From Kiritimatiellia bacterium (GTDB taxonomy: Bacteria; Verrucomicrobiota; Kiritimatiellia; RFP12; UBA1067): a stretch of 64,000 nucleotides of DNA. Every line of letters starts with the position of its first letter. Within the stretch, counting starts at the first letter, position 1. The notes below the pieces were generated by a model. The model saw only the letters and a list, made by a program, of their open reading frames with translations, did no database searches and had not been told where the DNA came from. Of the stretch, positions 46,562 through 56,590 are shown in pieces. The stretch spans positions 224,001-288,000 of the forward strand of contig JBMNFY010000008.1 of NCBI GenBank assembly GCA_050949565.1. Reading direction: 5' to 3'. Made by a program: the position numbers and the translations under genes.

Positions 46562-48026
46562 TGTTCTTGCACGGTCCGTCAAATAGAAAAGACACCGTAG
46601 GTTTTTTTGAGGCGGTGACGATCCGTCAAATACTGGACACCGAGGGGGTCAAGGGACGAGGGGCTGGTCAACGGCGTGAAGGGTGGCCGAGTTCCGCGCC
46701 CTGTCCCGCCGGTATTCCGGCGGGACAGGGCGCGGAACCCGGGGTGGTCATCCCTTGCGCTTCGCGTTTGGCGAGCTTGTTCTGCTTGCGCAGGATCAGC
46801 GCGTATCGGCGGCGGATGTCCTCAAGGAGGCGGATCGGATTGGTCTTTTCGCGGAGCGCGGTAAGACGCCGGATCACGGCGGGGTCCGCGTATCCCGACG
46901 CAATCACCCTGTCGAGGGGCGTGGCGGGCTTGTCGTAACGCTTGGAGAAGCCGTGCGAGTCCGGCCTTTTGGTTTTGGAGATGAGCCGCTTGCAGGGGCG
47001 GAAGAGGTTGTTGTACAGCGATATCTTCGCGCACAGGACGTCCATGTCCTTCTTGAGCTCGATGCGGTCGATGCGCTCGTAGCCGAAATACTCGCGGACG
47101 ACGGAGGCGTTCTTCTGCTCCACGCGGGCGTTGTCGTTCTTGTTCCCGGGGCGGGAACGGGTGAAGGCGAGGGGGCGGGGGCGGTCCCGCGCGTAGCCGA
47201 GCACGTGGGCGTTGAGGAACTCCAGCCCGCTGTCCGAGTGCATGGCCGTGAGCGGGAACGGGAACGCGGCCTCGGCGTCGGCGAGGCCTTCCTTGGTCGC
47301 GGCCGCGCCGCGGTTCCAGACGCAGCGCAGCTCCGTCCACTGCGTCAGGCGGTCCGTGAGCGTGAGGATCCAGAAGAAGTTGCCGCTCATGTCGCCCCCG
47401 CAGAGCGCGACCGTGTCGACCTGCGTGTCGCCGGGGGCGGCGGGCGGCAGCGCCTCGCCCGGGACGCAGGGGACGCTCGACGCCAGCGCGTTCGCCCCGC
47501 TGCGGCGGTTGCGGCGGCGCGGGGCCTCGCGCGGGTGCTTGCGGAGGATGCGCTCCATCGTCGACGCGCTCATGCGCAGAACCTGCGCCGCGGCCGCCTC
47601 GTCGACATGCTCGAGCTCGCGCAGCGCGGCCATCTGGCGGCCCGTCACGGTCACAAGGTACTGGGGCGTCATGCGTCCCGAGGCGCGCCAGAGACGCAGG
47701 AACAGGGCTTCCGCCCCGGGCGTGTACGTCTTCCCGCGCCCGGCGTGATCGCGGTACTTCCGGTTGCCGGTCAGCAGCCGGATGGCGTATTTGCGCTCGG
47801 CCCCCGTGACCTGGCAGAAGTCGTCGATCGCGGCACTCTTGGCCTTCTTGCTCTTCAGTTTTGAATAGGCGCGACGCTTCGCGCCGACGTATTCCATCGT
47901 GGCTTTCCGTGACATCTCGTTTCTCATGCGAGCCGATTCTAGCACGGTGTCCAGTATTTGACGGATGCGCTTGATTTCCGGACACCGCGATTTTGGCTAC
48001 GGTGTCCATGACTATGACATACCGCG
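46562..48026 (-). mobile_element. Insertion sequence with rve-type DDE transposase (ISNCY/IS481-like)
   Basis: 20-bp perfect IR CCGTCAAATACTGGACACCG at 46623-46642 / 47945-47964, plus extra GACACCG repeats; a second partial copy at 20885-21088; exact ends uncertain. Confidence 0.85.
46668..47945 (-). CDS. DDE integrase-like transposase
   Basis: QVDTVALCGG, LTDRLTQWTE, HSDSGLEFLN, FTRSRPGNKNDNARVEQKN..VREYFGYERID. Confidence 0.9.
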   Translation of the reverse strand: MLESARMRNEMSRKATMEYVGAKRRAYSKLKSKKAKSAAIDDFCQVTGAERKYAIRLLTGNRKYRDHAGRGKTYTPGAEALFLRLWRASGRMTPQYLVTVTGRQMAALRELEHVDEAAAAQVLRMSASTMERILRKHPREAPRRRNRRSGANALASSVPCVPGEALPPAAPGDTQVDTVALCGGDMSGNFFWILTLTDRLTQWTELRCVWNRGAAATKEGLADAEAAFPFPLTAMHSDSGLEFLNAHVLGYARDRPRPLAFTRSRPGNKNDNARVEQKNASVVREYFGYERIDRIELKKDMDVLCAKISLYNNLFRPCKRLISKTKRPDSHGFSKRYDKPATPLDRVIASGYADPAVIRRLTALREKTNPIRLLEDIRRRYALILRKQNKLAKREAQGMTTPGSAPCPAGIPAGQGAELGHPSRR

Positions 48027-48111
48027 TCTTGTCCTCAACTCCTAAATCCTAATTCCTAAATCCTCCTTCTTTTGGTAAAGTAACACCCGTTTTTTTTCGA
48101 GGATAAAGATT

Positions 48112-49902
48112 ATGCACCCTTACCGTACGCACACTTGCAACCAACTCCGGGCTTCCGACGCGGGCACCACCGCCAAACTCTCTGGCTGGATCTTCCGCGT
48201 CCGCGACCACGGCGGCATCCTGTTCATCGACCTTCGCGACCACTATGGCATCACTCAGGTCGTGATTCATCCCAGCCGCTCCTTTTTCGAAACGCTGAGC
48301 CGGGCTAGACTTGAGACCATCATCACGGTCACCGGTGAAGTCACGCCGCGCGATGCCTCGACCATCAACCCGGATATCCCGACCGGCGAGGTCGAGCTCG
48401 TGGCGAACGACTGTATCGTGGAGTCGGCTGCAGAGGCGACCCCGCTCTATCTGCCGGGCGATGAGGACGGCCCAGAGGACCTGCGCCTCAAATACCGCTT
48501 CTTGGACCTGCGCCGCCAGCGCATCCACACCAACATCTTGCTGCGGTCGCAGATCATCTCTTTCCTACGGAAAGCGATGGAAGCGCACGGTTTCAATGAG
48601 TACCAGACCCCGATCCTGACATGTAGCTCGCCCGAAGGCGCGCGCGATTATCTGGTGCCGAGCCGCATACACCACGGCAAGTTCTATGCGTTGCCGCAGG
48701 CCCCGCAGCTCTTCAAGCAGTTGCTGATGGTCGCGGGCTTTGACCGTTATTTCCAGATCGCGCCGTGTTTCCGCGACGAAGATGCGCGCGCCGACCGTTC
48801 GCCGGGCGAGTTTTATCAGCTCGATATCGAGATGTCGTTCGTCACACAGGATGATGTTTTTGCCGTTGTCGAGGATGTGCTTTACAAGACCTTCACACAC
48901 TTCTCGCAAAAGGCGGTGGACACCACGCCGTGGATACGCATCCCCTACCGCGAGGCGATGCTCAAATACGGCAGCGACAAGCCGGATCTGCGTATCCCGA
49001 TCGAGATGTTCGACTGCTCGGAACTTTTCAAGGGCTCGGGCTTTAACGCCTTTGCCGGAGCAGTTAAGGCGGGCGCGGCCGTGCGCGCGATTCCGGTCAA
49101 GGGCATCAAGGACAAACCGCGCAGCTTTTTCGACAAGCTGGTGGAATACGCCAAAACGCTGGGATCAAAGGGGCTCGCCTACCTGATCTGGGACGGCGAT
49201 GCGGTCAAGGGGCCGATCCAAAAGTTCCTGACGCCGGACGAGTTGGCTGAACTGGCGCGGATGGGCGGCATGCAGGATGGTGACGTGCTCTTCTTCCTGT
49301 GCGACGAGCCGGACAAGGCGGCCAGGATGGGTGGCGACATCCGCAACAAGCTCGGACACGATCTCGATCTGATCGAGAAAGATGTCTTCCGTTTTTGCTG
49401 GATCGTGGACTTCCCGATGTTCGAAAAAGACCCCGAAACTGGCGAGATCGGCTTCTCGCACAATCCGTTCTCCATGCCGCAGGGCGGCATGGATGCCCTG
49501 CTGAACAAGCATCCGCTTGAGATTCTCGCCTTCCAGTACGACGTGGTCTGCAACGGCATCGAACTCTCCAGCGGCGCCATCCGTAACCACCAGCCCGAGA
49601 TCATGTACAAGGCGTTTGAGATCGCGGGTTACGACCCGTCGGTGGTGGAGGAAAAATTCTCCTGCCTGCTCAATGCCTTCAAGTACGGCGCACCGCCGCA
49701 CGGCGGCATCGCACCGGGCGTCGACCGCATGGTCATGTTGTTGGCCGACGAAGACAACATCCGCGAGGTGATCGCCTTCCCGATGAATCAGAAGGCGCAA
49801 GACCTGATGATGAACGCGCCTTCAGAGGTCACCGAGAAGCAACTGCGCGAGCTGCACATCAAAGTGCGCGGACACAATGTGGCGCAGCCTGGTTTAACCT
49901 AA
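48112..49902 (+). CDS. aspS: Aspartate-tRNA ligase
   Basis: [68 protein letters not shown]. Confidence 0.98.
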   Translation: MHPYRTHTCNQLRASDAGTTAKLSGWIFRVRDHGGILFIDLRDHYGITQVVIHPSRSFFETLSRARLETIITVTGEVTPRDASTINPDIPTGEVELVANDCIVESAAEATPLYLPGDEDGPEDLRLKYRFLDLRRQRIHTNILLRSQIISFLRKAMEAHGFNEYQTPILTCSSPEGARDYLVPSRIHHGKFYALPQAPQLFKQLLMVAGFDRYFQIAPCFRDEDARADRSPGEFYQLDIEMSFVTQDDVFAVVEDVLYKTFTHFSQKAVDTTPWIRIPYREAMLKYGSDKPDLRIPIEMFDCSELFKGSGFNAFAGAVKAGAAVRAIPVKGIKDKPRSFFDKLVEYAKTLGSKGLAYLIWDGDAVKGPIQKFLTPDELAELARMGGMQDGDVLFFLCDEPDKAARMGGDIRNKLGHDLDLIEKDVFRFCWIVDFPMFEKDPETGEIGFSHNPFSMPQGGMDALLNKHPLEILAFQYDVVCNGIELSSGAIRNHQPEIMYKAFEIAGYDPSVVEEKFSCLLNAFKYGAPPHGGIAPGVDRMVMLLADEDNIREVIAFPMNQKAQDLMMNAPSEVTEKQLRELHIKVRGHNVAQPGLT

Positions 49903-50180
49903 AAGAGCAAGTTGAACTTTCAACGCTCTTGGGTTTCAGACTTCAAGGTTTCATGGTTTCATCCAAATCGGGATCGGGATCGCTATCGGGATCGATTGTT
50001 TAACCACAGAGGACACAGAGATCACAGAGGTTTTGAGGGAGCCAACTCTGGCTTTATCCGCAACGCGGACGGAAGCCGGTGTTCACAAAGTGGCGGCGTG
50101 ACCGCCGCTCGGACAAGCAGACGCTTGCCCCTCCCGTCCCTACTTGAACGTTGAGCGTTGAACGTTGAGCGTTTGTCCTA
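49900..50180 (+). repeat. Partial AAAGAGCAGTTGA-type miniature element with CACAGAG triad, REPs and GTTGAAC heptamers
   Basis: 49902-50005 aligns to the reverse complement of 61332-61439. Confidence 0.8.
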
Positions 50181-50357
50181 AAGGAGAATTTAGGGGGGCC
50201 TAAGCGAAAGAATCGATGGAGGGATGGACACAACCGAGCCGGTCTTATATTATTCTCAACGTGACAGCGCGGTGTGATCGGGTCGTCTGTGAAGAGCGAA
50301 AAAGGTGTTCGTCGCCCCATGAACTTTCCGAAAACCCGCCACGCTCAAGTTTTTGTT

Positions 50358-53300
50358 ATGGCGACACTTTCTGACATCCGTGTGCATGAAGTCGAGTTCT
50401 GCGCCGATATCAAATCTGCGGCTGACGCTCTCTTTGCCGCGCATCCCGAATGGCCGTTCTCGCACGCCAAAATTGAACAGCGTGGCGTGGGCAATAATAA
50501 ACGCAACGACCTGCGCATCTTCCGCAAAGGTCATAAAGCCCCGCTGCTTTCCGGTGAAGTCAAGATGCCGGGAACCCCTGAAGGCCGTTCGCCCTATAAT
50601 CCGGCCCTTATGAACGATGCGGCATCAAAGGCGGATAACGCCGGCAGTGCCTACTTCTTCACTTGGAACGTCAACCAGTTCGTGCTGTTTGACCGCAGCA
50701 AGTTCAATCTTCCGATCATCGAACGCCGATGCCATGACTGGGACCTCGGTCTCCAACTGCGGCGTTCCGCCGATTGCAGCCGTCCCGAAGTGATGTCTGC
50801 CATCACGACCCGTTTCTTGCCGGAACTCTTTGCATTGCTGGCCCGCATCGTCACGGAGGACTTCACCGAATGGGGCATGCCCCCGGATGAGCTTTTCATC
50901 CGCTCCCTCGAAAGTCATCTTGCCTGGCCCATCATGGGCACCAGCGATTATCTGGAAGCCACATGCCGTACCGACAAAGCCTTTTCCGCAAAGCTCCAGG
51001 CGTGGATGGCCGGCGACATGTCGTGGACCTTCGACCCGGACAATCCCGACAACTGGCGGCAGACTCTCGACCGTGCCGCCAGCACGCTCTGCTATGTTTT
51101 CTGCAACCGCGCTATATTCTACGAAGCCATCCGCGCGCGTTACCCAGACAACCTTGCGCCGCTCACCATGCCGACCGGCAAACGCGGCCACGAAGGTATC
51201 TACGAGTGGTTCCGCATCCAGTTTCTTCACGCCGTCAACGAGAGCGGCGATTACGAGCCCATCTTTTATCCTGATGTTGCCGACAAAGTCGGTTCGCTCG
51301 TTTTCGCAGACCCCATGGCCCGCCAGGGCTGGCGTGGCGTTTTCGAGAACTTGGCCCACTACAATTTCCGGGACATCCCTTACGACATTATCGGCGGTAT
51401 CTTCCAGCGGCTTATTGCTCCCGAGGAACGCCAGAAATTCGGACAGTTTTTCACCGGTGAAGACATCGTCGATATCATCAACTCTTTCTGCATCCACCGT
51501 GCCGCCGACAAGGTTCTCGATCCCGCATGCGGTTCTGGCAGCTTTCTAATTCGTGCCTACCATCGCAAGGCTTGGTTGAGCGCACGACGACACGCGCGTC
51601 AGCGGAATGCGGATTCTCACCTGACACATCAGGAGCTACTGGCTGACATCTACGGTTGCGACATCGCCCTCTTCGCGGCTCATCTGGCCACGCTCAACCT
51701 TGCCGCCCGCCAGATCAACGACGAGGAGAACTACCCCTACATCGCCCGCAGCAACTTCTTTGAAGTCATTGAAAACCGCGACGCCTTCTACCGCGTTCCC
51801 GCCGGCCTGCGCAATCCAGACGGCACACGGGATTACAAGGACGTTCCGCTCCCCAACATGGACGCCATCATCGGCAATCCTCCCTATATCCGTCAGGAAG
51901 CCATCGCGAAGCGTGCGGGACTCAAGCGCCGCCGAGACGAAACGAAAGCCGCCTTCGAATCCCGCGCCAAAAATACCAAGGAACATTTCCAGGAACTTGT
52001 TGCCAGACTTTGGCCCGGTCTCAAAATGAGCGGGCGCAGTGACCTTCATTGCTACTTCTGGCCGGTCGCCGCCTCTCTGCTCAATGATGGCGGCTACTTT
52101 GGCTTCCTGACCTCGTCGAGCTGGCTGGACGTTGAATACGGGTTCGCCCTCCAGCGCTGGTGCCTGCAAAATTTCAAGGTCGTTGCCATCATGGAAAGTC
52201 TGGACGAGCCTTGGTTCCCCGATGCACGCGTCAAAACCGCCATCACGATCCTTCAGCGCACCGACGACCCCGCCGCCCGCGATAGCAACCTCGTCCGTTT
52301 TGTACGTTTCTCAAAACCGGTTACTGAAGTGCTTGGCGAACGGAACAGCACCGACGAATCGGCCCGCCAGTCCGCCGCTGACCGCCTGCGCAAACTCATC
52401 CTTGGCACCGCCGGCCCGAAGCAGAACGAGCCCCTTGCCGTCCACACCACCGCTCAGCTTCGCATCATCACCCTGCGCCAGTCCGACCTTTGGCAGGAAG
52501 GTGTCCGCGCTTGGGACATCCTTAAGAAAGGGACGGACGCTACGGAGTCGCCATTAGAAGAAGACGAAACGACGGAAGAAACACTTGAAGAGGAAGCCGA
52601 AGAGACCGCCTCAACTGACGACACATTTACGAGGGTCTTGCAAAACCCCTTGCCTACAGGTGTGGCACGGGCATCTTGCCCGTGTTTCATGGGCGGGACG
52701 CCCATGCCACAAGGGGGGTTGCAAGCGCCTCTTACGCTCGGCGCTGCCGCGCCCGACTATGCCGCCGGAAAATGGGGCCGTTTTCTGCGCGCCCCCGACA
52801 TCTACTTCAAGCTGATCCACGACTACAGGGACCGCTTTGTCCGTCTCGGCGAGATTGCTGATGTTCGCTTTGGTATCAAAAGCGGCTGTGACGCCTTTTT
52901 CATGCCGCGTGACGTGACCGACGAGATTCTCGCACGTGTTGAGAAGGGCGTCCTTTGGAACGACATCGGTCTGATAACCCATTGTAGCCGTCGCGATGTC
53001 GAAAACGGTAAGGTCCGCATCATTTGTGCCGGCGACAAAACCATCCATCCCATTGAAGCGGAGTTCATCCGTCCCGAAGTCCACAGTCTCATGGAAGTCG
53101 ACCGGCCGATCGTCCGCACCGCCGACTGTAAGCGCGTGGTTCTCTGGGTCAATCAGGAACTTAAGGACATCGCCGATACCTACGCCGCCAAATACATCCG
53201 CTGGGGCGCCAAGCAAACCTTTACCTCGAAGAAATCCAAACCCGTCAAAGTTCCAGAGCGTTCAACATGTGCCGCGCGGGAGCGTTGGTATGATATTACG

Positions 53301-54359
53301 ACGGATAAAATCGGAATCGCGTTCTGGCCCAAAACGCAACAGTACCGGCACATGGCTCCAACAAATCCGGAAGGAATAGTCTGTAATTGCAACTTGTACA
53401 CAGTGGTGCCGACATTTGAAGATGCAACTGCCTGTACTGCCCTGAATGCAGTCCTGAACTGCACCATAGTTGCGCTATTGAAATGCTTTTATGGCAGATA
53501 TGCTGGAACTGAGGGTGCCCTGAAAACCGAGGTTGTGGACGCTCTTATGCTTGAGATTCCTGATCCACGTTCTGCATCTGAACACGTAACAGCAAGGATG
53601 ACTAACGCTTTGCGTCAAATGGGAACACGCCCTGTCACACATCTGGTTCAGGAGTCGATGCTTCAGTGCCATGACGAAACTCACATGCGCGAAATTCTTG
53701 AGCGCCCGGTCGAGTTGTCAAACGAACTCCGCCAGCCAGACCGCCGTGCCTTGGACGATGCGGTATTCGAAATGATTGAGGTCGAGGATCCCAAGGAACG
53801 CGCACACCTTATTGACGAACTGTACGAGCAGACAGCCAGTTATTACCGGCAACAGCGTACGCTTGAAATACAGGGCATGCGCAATCGCTCCAAAGCCGGC
53901 CGCAAGCAAATGTCTCCACGCGACCTTGCAGCCAGCGTCTGGGACTCCCTCAAGCCCGAAGAGCGCGGCGAGCCGGTCATGGAATGGATTAAGAGCCGTT
54001 GGCCCGGCGGCATTGAAGTCAGCATTCCCGACGGCAAACCCACGGCCCGCGGCAGTGACGACATGTTCAGTCCGGCCTCCGTCAACTTCAAGCAGGGCGC
54101 GAAGGCGATTGAAATGGACTATGCCAGTCCCGAACATGCCGCCCTTGTTGTCGCTCTCGCCGAACTCGAAATCCGTGGTTCCGTTACGCTTCCGGACACT
54201 GCTGCGGCGTGCCAGGAGTGTCGCGAACAGCTTGCCGCCCGTCTTGAAGGTGCCCGCGCCCGTTTTACCGAACTCGCCGCCTCCCGCACCGGTCAAGAAT
54301 CCATGCGGGAGCAAGTTGTCTTCATCTTGCTCCAATGGCTCATCCACGGCAATGCGTGA
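50358..54359 (+). CDS. Type IIG-like fused restriction endonuclease/N6-methyltransferase carrying an in-frame MITE
   Basis: N-terminal RNDL..GEVK nuclease motif; ERQKFGQFFT, VLDPACGSGSFL, IIGNPPYIRQE; C-terminal TRD; start ATG 50358 preferred. Confidence 0.9.
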   Translation: MATLSDIRVHEVEFCADIKSAADALFAAHPEWPFSHAKIEQRGVGNNKRNDLRIFRKGHKAPLLSGEVKMPGTPEGRSPYNPALMNDAASKADNAGSAYFFTWNVNQFVLFDRSKFNLPIIERRCHDWDLGLQLRRSADCSRPEVMSAITTRFLPELFALLARIVTEDFTEWGMPPDELFIRSLESHLAWPIMGTSDYLEATCRTDKAFSAKLQAWMAGDMSWTFDPDNPDNWRQTLDRAASTLCYVFCNRAIFYEAIRARYPDNLAPLTMPTGKRGHEGIYEWFRIQFLHAVNESGDYEPIFYPDVADKVGSLVFADPMARQGWRGVFENLAHYNFRDIPYDIIGGIFQRLIAPEERQKFGQFFTGEDIVDIINSFCIHRAADKVLDPACGSGSFLIRAYHRKAWLSARRHARQRNADSHLTHQELLADIYGCDIALFAAHLATLNLAARQINDEENYPYIARSNFFEVIENRDAFYRVPAGLRNPDGTRDYKDVPLPNMDAIIGNPPYIRQEAIAKRAGLKRRRDETKAAFESRAKNTKEHFQELVARLWPGLKMSGRSDLHCYFWPVAASLLNDGGYFGFLTSSSWLDVEYGFALQRWCLQNFKVVAIMESLDEPWFPDARVKTAITILQRTDDPAARDSNLVRFVRFSKPVTEVLGERNSTDESARQSAADRLRKLILGTAGPKQNEPLAVHTTAQLRIITLRQSDLWQEGVRAWDILKKGTDATESPLEEDETTEETLEEEAEETASTDDTFTRVLQNPLPTGVARASCPCFMGGTPMPQGGLQAPLTLGAAAPDYAAGKWGRFLRAPDIYFKLIHDYRDRFVRLGEIADVRFGIKSGCDAFFMPRDVTDEILARVEKGVLWNDIGLITHCSRRDVENGKVRIICAGDKTIHPIEAEFIRPEVHSLMEVDRPIVRTADCKRVVLWVNQELKDIADTYAAKYIRWGAKQTFTSKKSKPVKVPERSTCAARERWYDITTDKIGIAFWPKTQQYRHMAPTNPEGIVCNCNLYTVVPTFEDATACTALNAVLNCTIVALLKCFYGRYAGTEGALKTEVVDALMLEIPDPRSASEHVTARMTNALRQMGTRPVTHLVQESMLQCHDETHMREILERPVELSNELRQPDRRALDDAVFEMIEVEDPKERAHLIDELYEQTASYYRQQRTLEIQGMRNRSKAGRKQMSPRDLAASVWDSLKPEERGEPVMEWIKSRWPGGIEVSIPDGKPTARGSDDMFSPASVNFKQGAKAIEMDYASPEHAALVVALAELEIRGSVTLPDTAAACQECREQLAARLEGARARFTELAASRTGQESMREQVVFILLQWLIHGNA
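52631..52731 (+). mobile_element. 101-bp MITE inserted in frame (sense) with TTAC target duplication
   Basis: TTAC at 52627-52630 and 52732-52735; translated as RVLQNPLPTGVARASCPCFMGGTPMPQGGLQAPLT. Confidence 0.95.
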
Positions 54360-55170
54360 CTGAGGGACAGGTATTTGGAATTTGGGATTTGTGATTTAGG
54401 TGCCGCAAGTCGCAAGTCGCGGGTCAACCTCTCTTGTTGCGACCACGCAGTGGCTCGCAACCGTGAGAATAAAAGCGCTGCTCGGGCTTTTGGAACCGCC
54501 AAGACGCCATGGACGCCAAGGTTTTTTGGGCATGGCTCGGGATTATTTAACGCAGAGGCGCAGAGGCGCAGAGATTTTTTATTGCTCGGGTTTTTAATCA
54601 CGAAACACACGGAATACGCGGAAAGGCACGGCACTGTTTTCTGCTTTCGTGTGGTTCGTGCGTGACTAAGGGACAGGTATTTAGACCGCCGAAAAGTGCA
54701 AGCCAGACACCAGACTTGCGCCGCGCGACGTGGCACGGGCATCTTGCCCGTGTGGCGGCGTAACCGCCGCCCGGACAAGCGACGCTTGTCCCTCCCGTCC
54801 TTACTTGAGCGTTAAAAGTTGAGCGTTGGGCGTTGGACGTTTTTAACTCTGAACTCTGAACGTCGAACTCTGAACTCTGAAGGTGAAAACTCCTTGTCTG
54901 TTGCGTGACTAAGGGACAGGTATTTAGACCGCCGAAAAGTGCAAGCCAGACACCAGACTTGCGCCGCGCGACGTGGCACGGGCATCTTGCCCGTGTGGCG
55001 GCGTATCCGCCGCCCGGACAAGCGACGCTTGTCCCTCCCAGCGCTCCGCAGACCCGACCATGGGCTGGAGGGCGAGCGTCCCCGCGAGCCGCCCTCCGTG
55101 CTGCGCGCGGGGGGAAAGCGGTGCCGCGACCGGCCTATTGCCTGCTGCCCATGCCTATTACCTATTACTT
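54353..55170 (+). repeat. Large mosaic array punctuated by three TGCGTGACTRAGGGACAGGTATTT repeats, including a 137-bp direct duplication
   Basis: 24-mers at 54353, 54659 and 54902; 54660-54796 duplicated at 54903-55039; triads at 54495-54625. Confidence 0.88.
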
Positions 55171-55340
55171 CCCTGTGGCACTAGGAGGTGTTTAGATGAC
55201 CCAGAGAACAGTTTGTTCTTGAACCCCCCGGCCAAGACGTGCAGAATGGTGCGGCATGTTTCAGCGTGCCTTGTCAGTGTGCCGCTGACCGTTTGATTCA
55301 TCCCGATTATCACTGAATGGAGAGAAAAAAAGGACTTATC

Positions 55341-56576
55341 ATGTCAGCAAAGAAATTCGACAAGATTCTTGTTATAAACTCCGGCAGTTCCTCACTCAAG
55401 TTCACCCTGTTCAACGTGTCTTCAAAAACCGTCCTCGCCAAGGGTCTGGTCGAGCGCGTCGGCACGCCCAACGCCAACTTGGTGTACCAGCGTAACAACG
55501 AGCCCAAGACGGAGCGGGGCATCGCGGCGGAAAACCATGGCAAGGCGCTGGCGATGGCCTGTAAGATGCTTGCCGATCCTGAGACGGGTGTCATAAAGTC
55601 ACTGAAGGAGGTCAACGCGATCGGCCACCGCGTGGTCCACGGCGCCGAGGAGTTCTCAGACTCGGTGCTGATCACCGAAGATGTCAAAACCGGCATCAAA
55701 CGCTGCGCGGACCTCGCCCCGTTACATAATCCGGCCAATCTGGACGGCGTGGTGGCCTGTGAAACGGTTTTCCCGAACACACCGAACGTGGCGGTCTTCG
55801 ATACAGCGTTCCACCAGAGCATGCCGCGGCACGCCTACATGTACGCCATCCCGCAAAAGTTCTACGATGAGTACCGCATCCGCAAGTACGGCTTTCACGG
55901 CACGTCGCACAAGTTCGTGATGCTGGCGGCGGCGGAGTTCCTCAAGAAGCCTGTCGAAGAACTGAAACTGATCACCTGCCACCTCGGTAACGGTTCATCG
56001 ATCGCCGCGATCAAGGGCGGCAAGGTGCTCGACACCTCGATGGGCATGACGCCGCTGGCCGGCCTGATCATGGGTACGCGCTGCGGGGACATCGACCCTG
56101 CGATCATCTTCTTCTTGGCGCGTAAGGGAATCTCGGCCGACGAGATCGACAACGCGCTCAACAAGCGCAGCGGCCTGATGGGCATCAACGGTATTGAAAG
56201 TGGCGACATGCGCGACACCGTGAACGCCGCCACACAAGGCAAAGCCGCAGCGGAGAACGCTCTGCACATGTTCGGGCACCGTACCGCCTTTTACATCGGC
56301 GGTTACTACACATTGATGGGAGGTGCCGATGCGATCATCTTCACGGGCGGCATCGGTGAAAACAGCGCACCTGCGCGTCAGATGATCGTTTCGCGTCTGG
56401 AGGCAATCGGCTGCAAACTAGACGACGCCAAGAACAAGGCGACCGCTGGTAAAACCGGCGTCATTACCACCGATGCATCGAAGCTGCCGGCCATCGTGAT
56501 CCCGACCGACGAAGAGTTGATGATCGCGCGTGAGACCCTCCGCGTCCTTTCAGAAACCACAAAAAGCACAAAGTAG
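55341..56576 (+). CDS. ackA: Acetate kinase
   Basis: [49 protein letters not shown]. Confidence 0.98.
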   Translation: MSAKKFDKILVINSGSSSLKFTLFNVSSKTVLAKGLVERVGTPNANLVYQRNNEPKTERGIAAENHGKALAMACKMLADPETGVIKSLKEVNAIGHRVVHGAEEFSDSVLITEDVKTGIKRCADLAPLHNPANLDGVVACETVFPNTPNVAVFDTAFHQSMPRHAYMYAIPQKFYDEYRIRKYGFHGTSHKFVMLAAAEFLKKPVEELKLITCHLGNGSSIAAIKGGKVLDTSMGMTPLAGLIMGTRCGDIDPAIIFFLARKGISADEIDNALNKRSGLMGINGIESGDMRDTVNAATQGKAAAENALHMFGHRTAFYIGGYYTLMGGADAIIFTGGIGENSAPARQMIVSRLEAIGCKLDDAKNKATAGKTGVITTDASKLPAIVIPTDEELMIARETLRVLSETTKSTK

Positions 56577-56590
56577 AGGTAAACGTTTCC

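Noticed and set aside
54353-54925. CRISPR-like 24-bp repeats
   Set aside because: Intervals of 243-306 bp are made of other repeats, not spacer-sized unique sequence.
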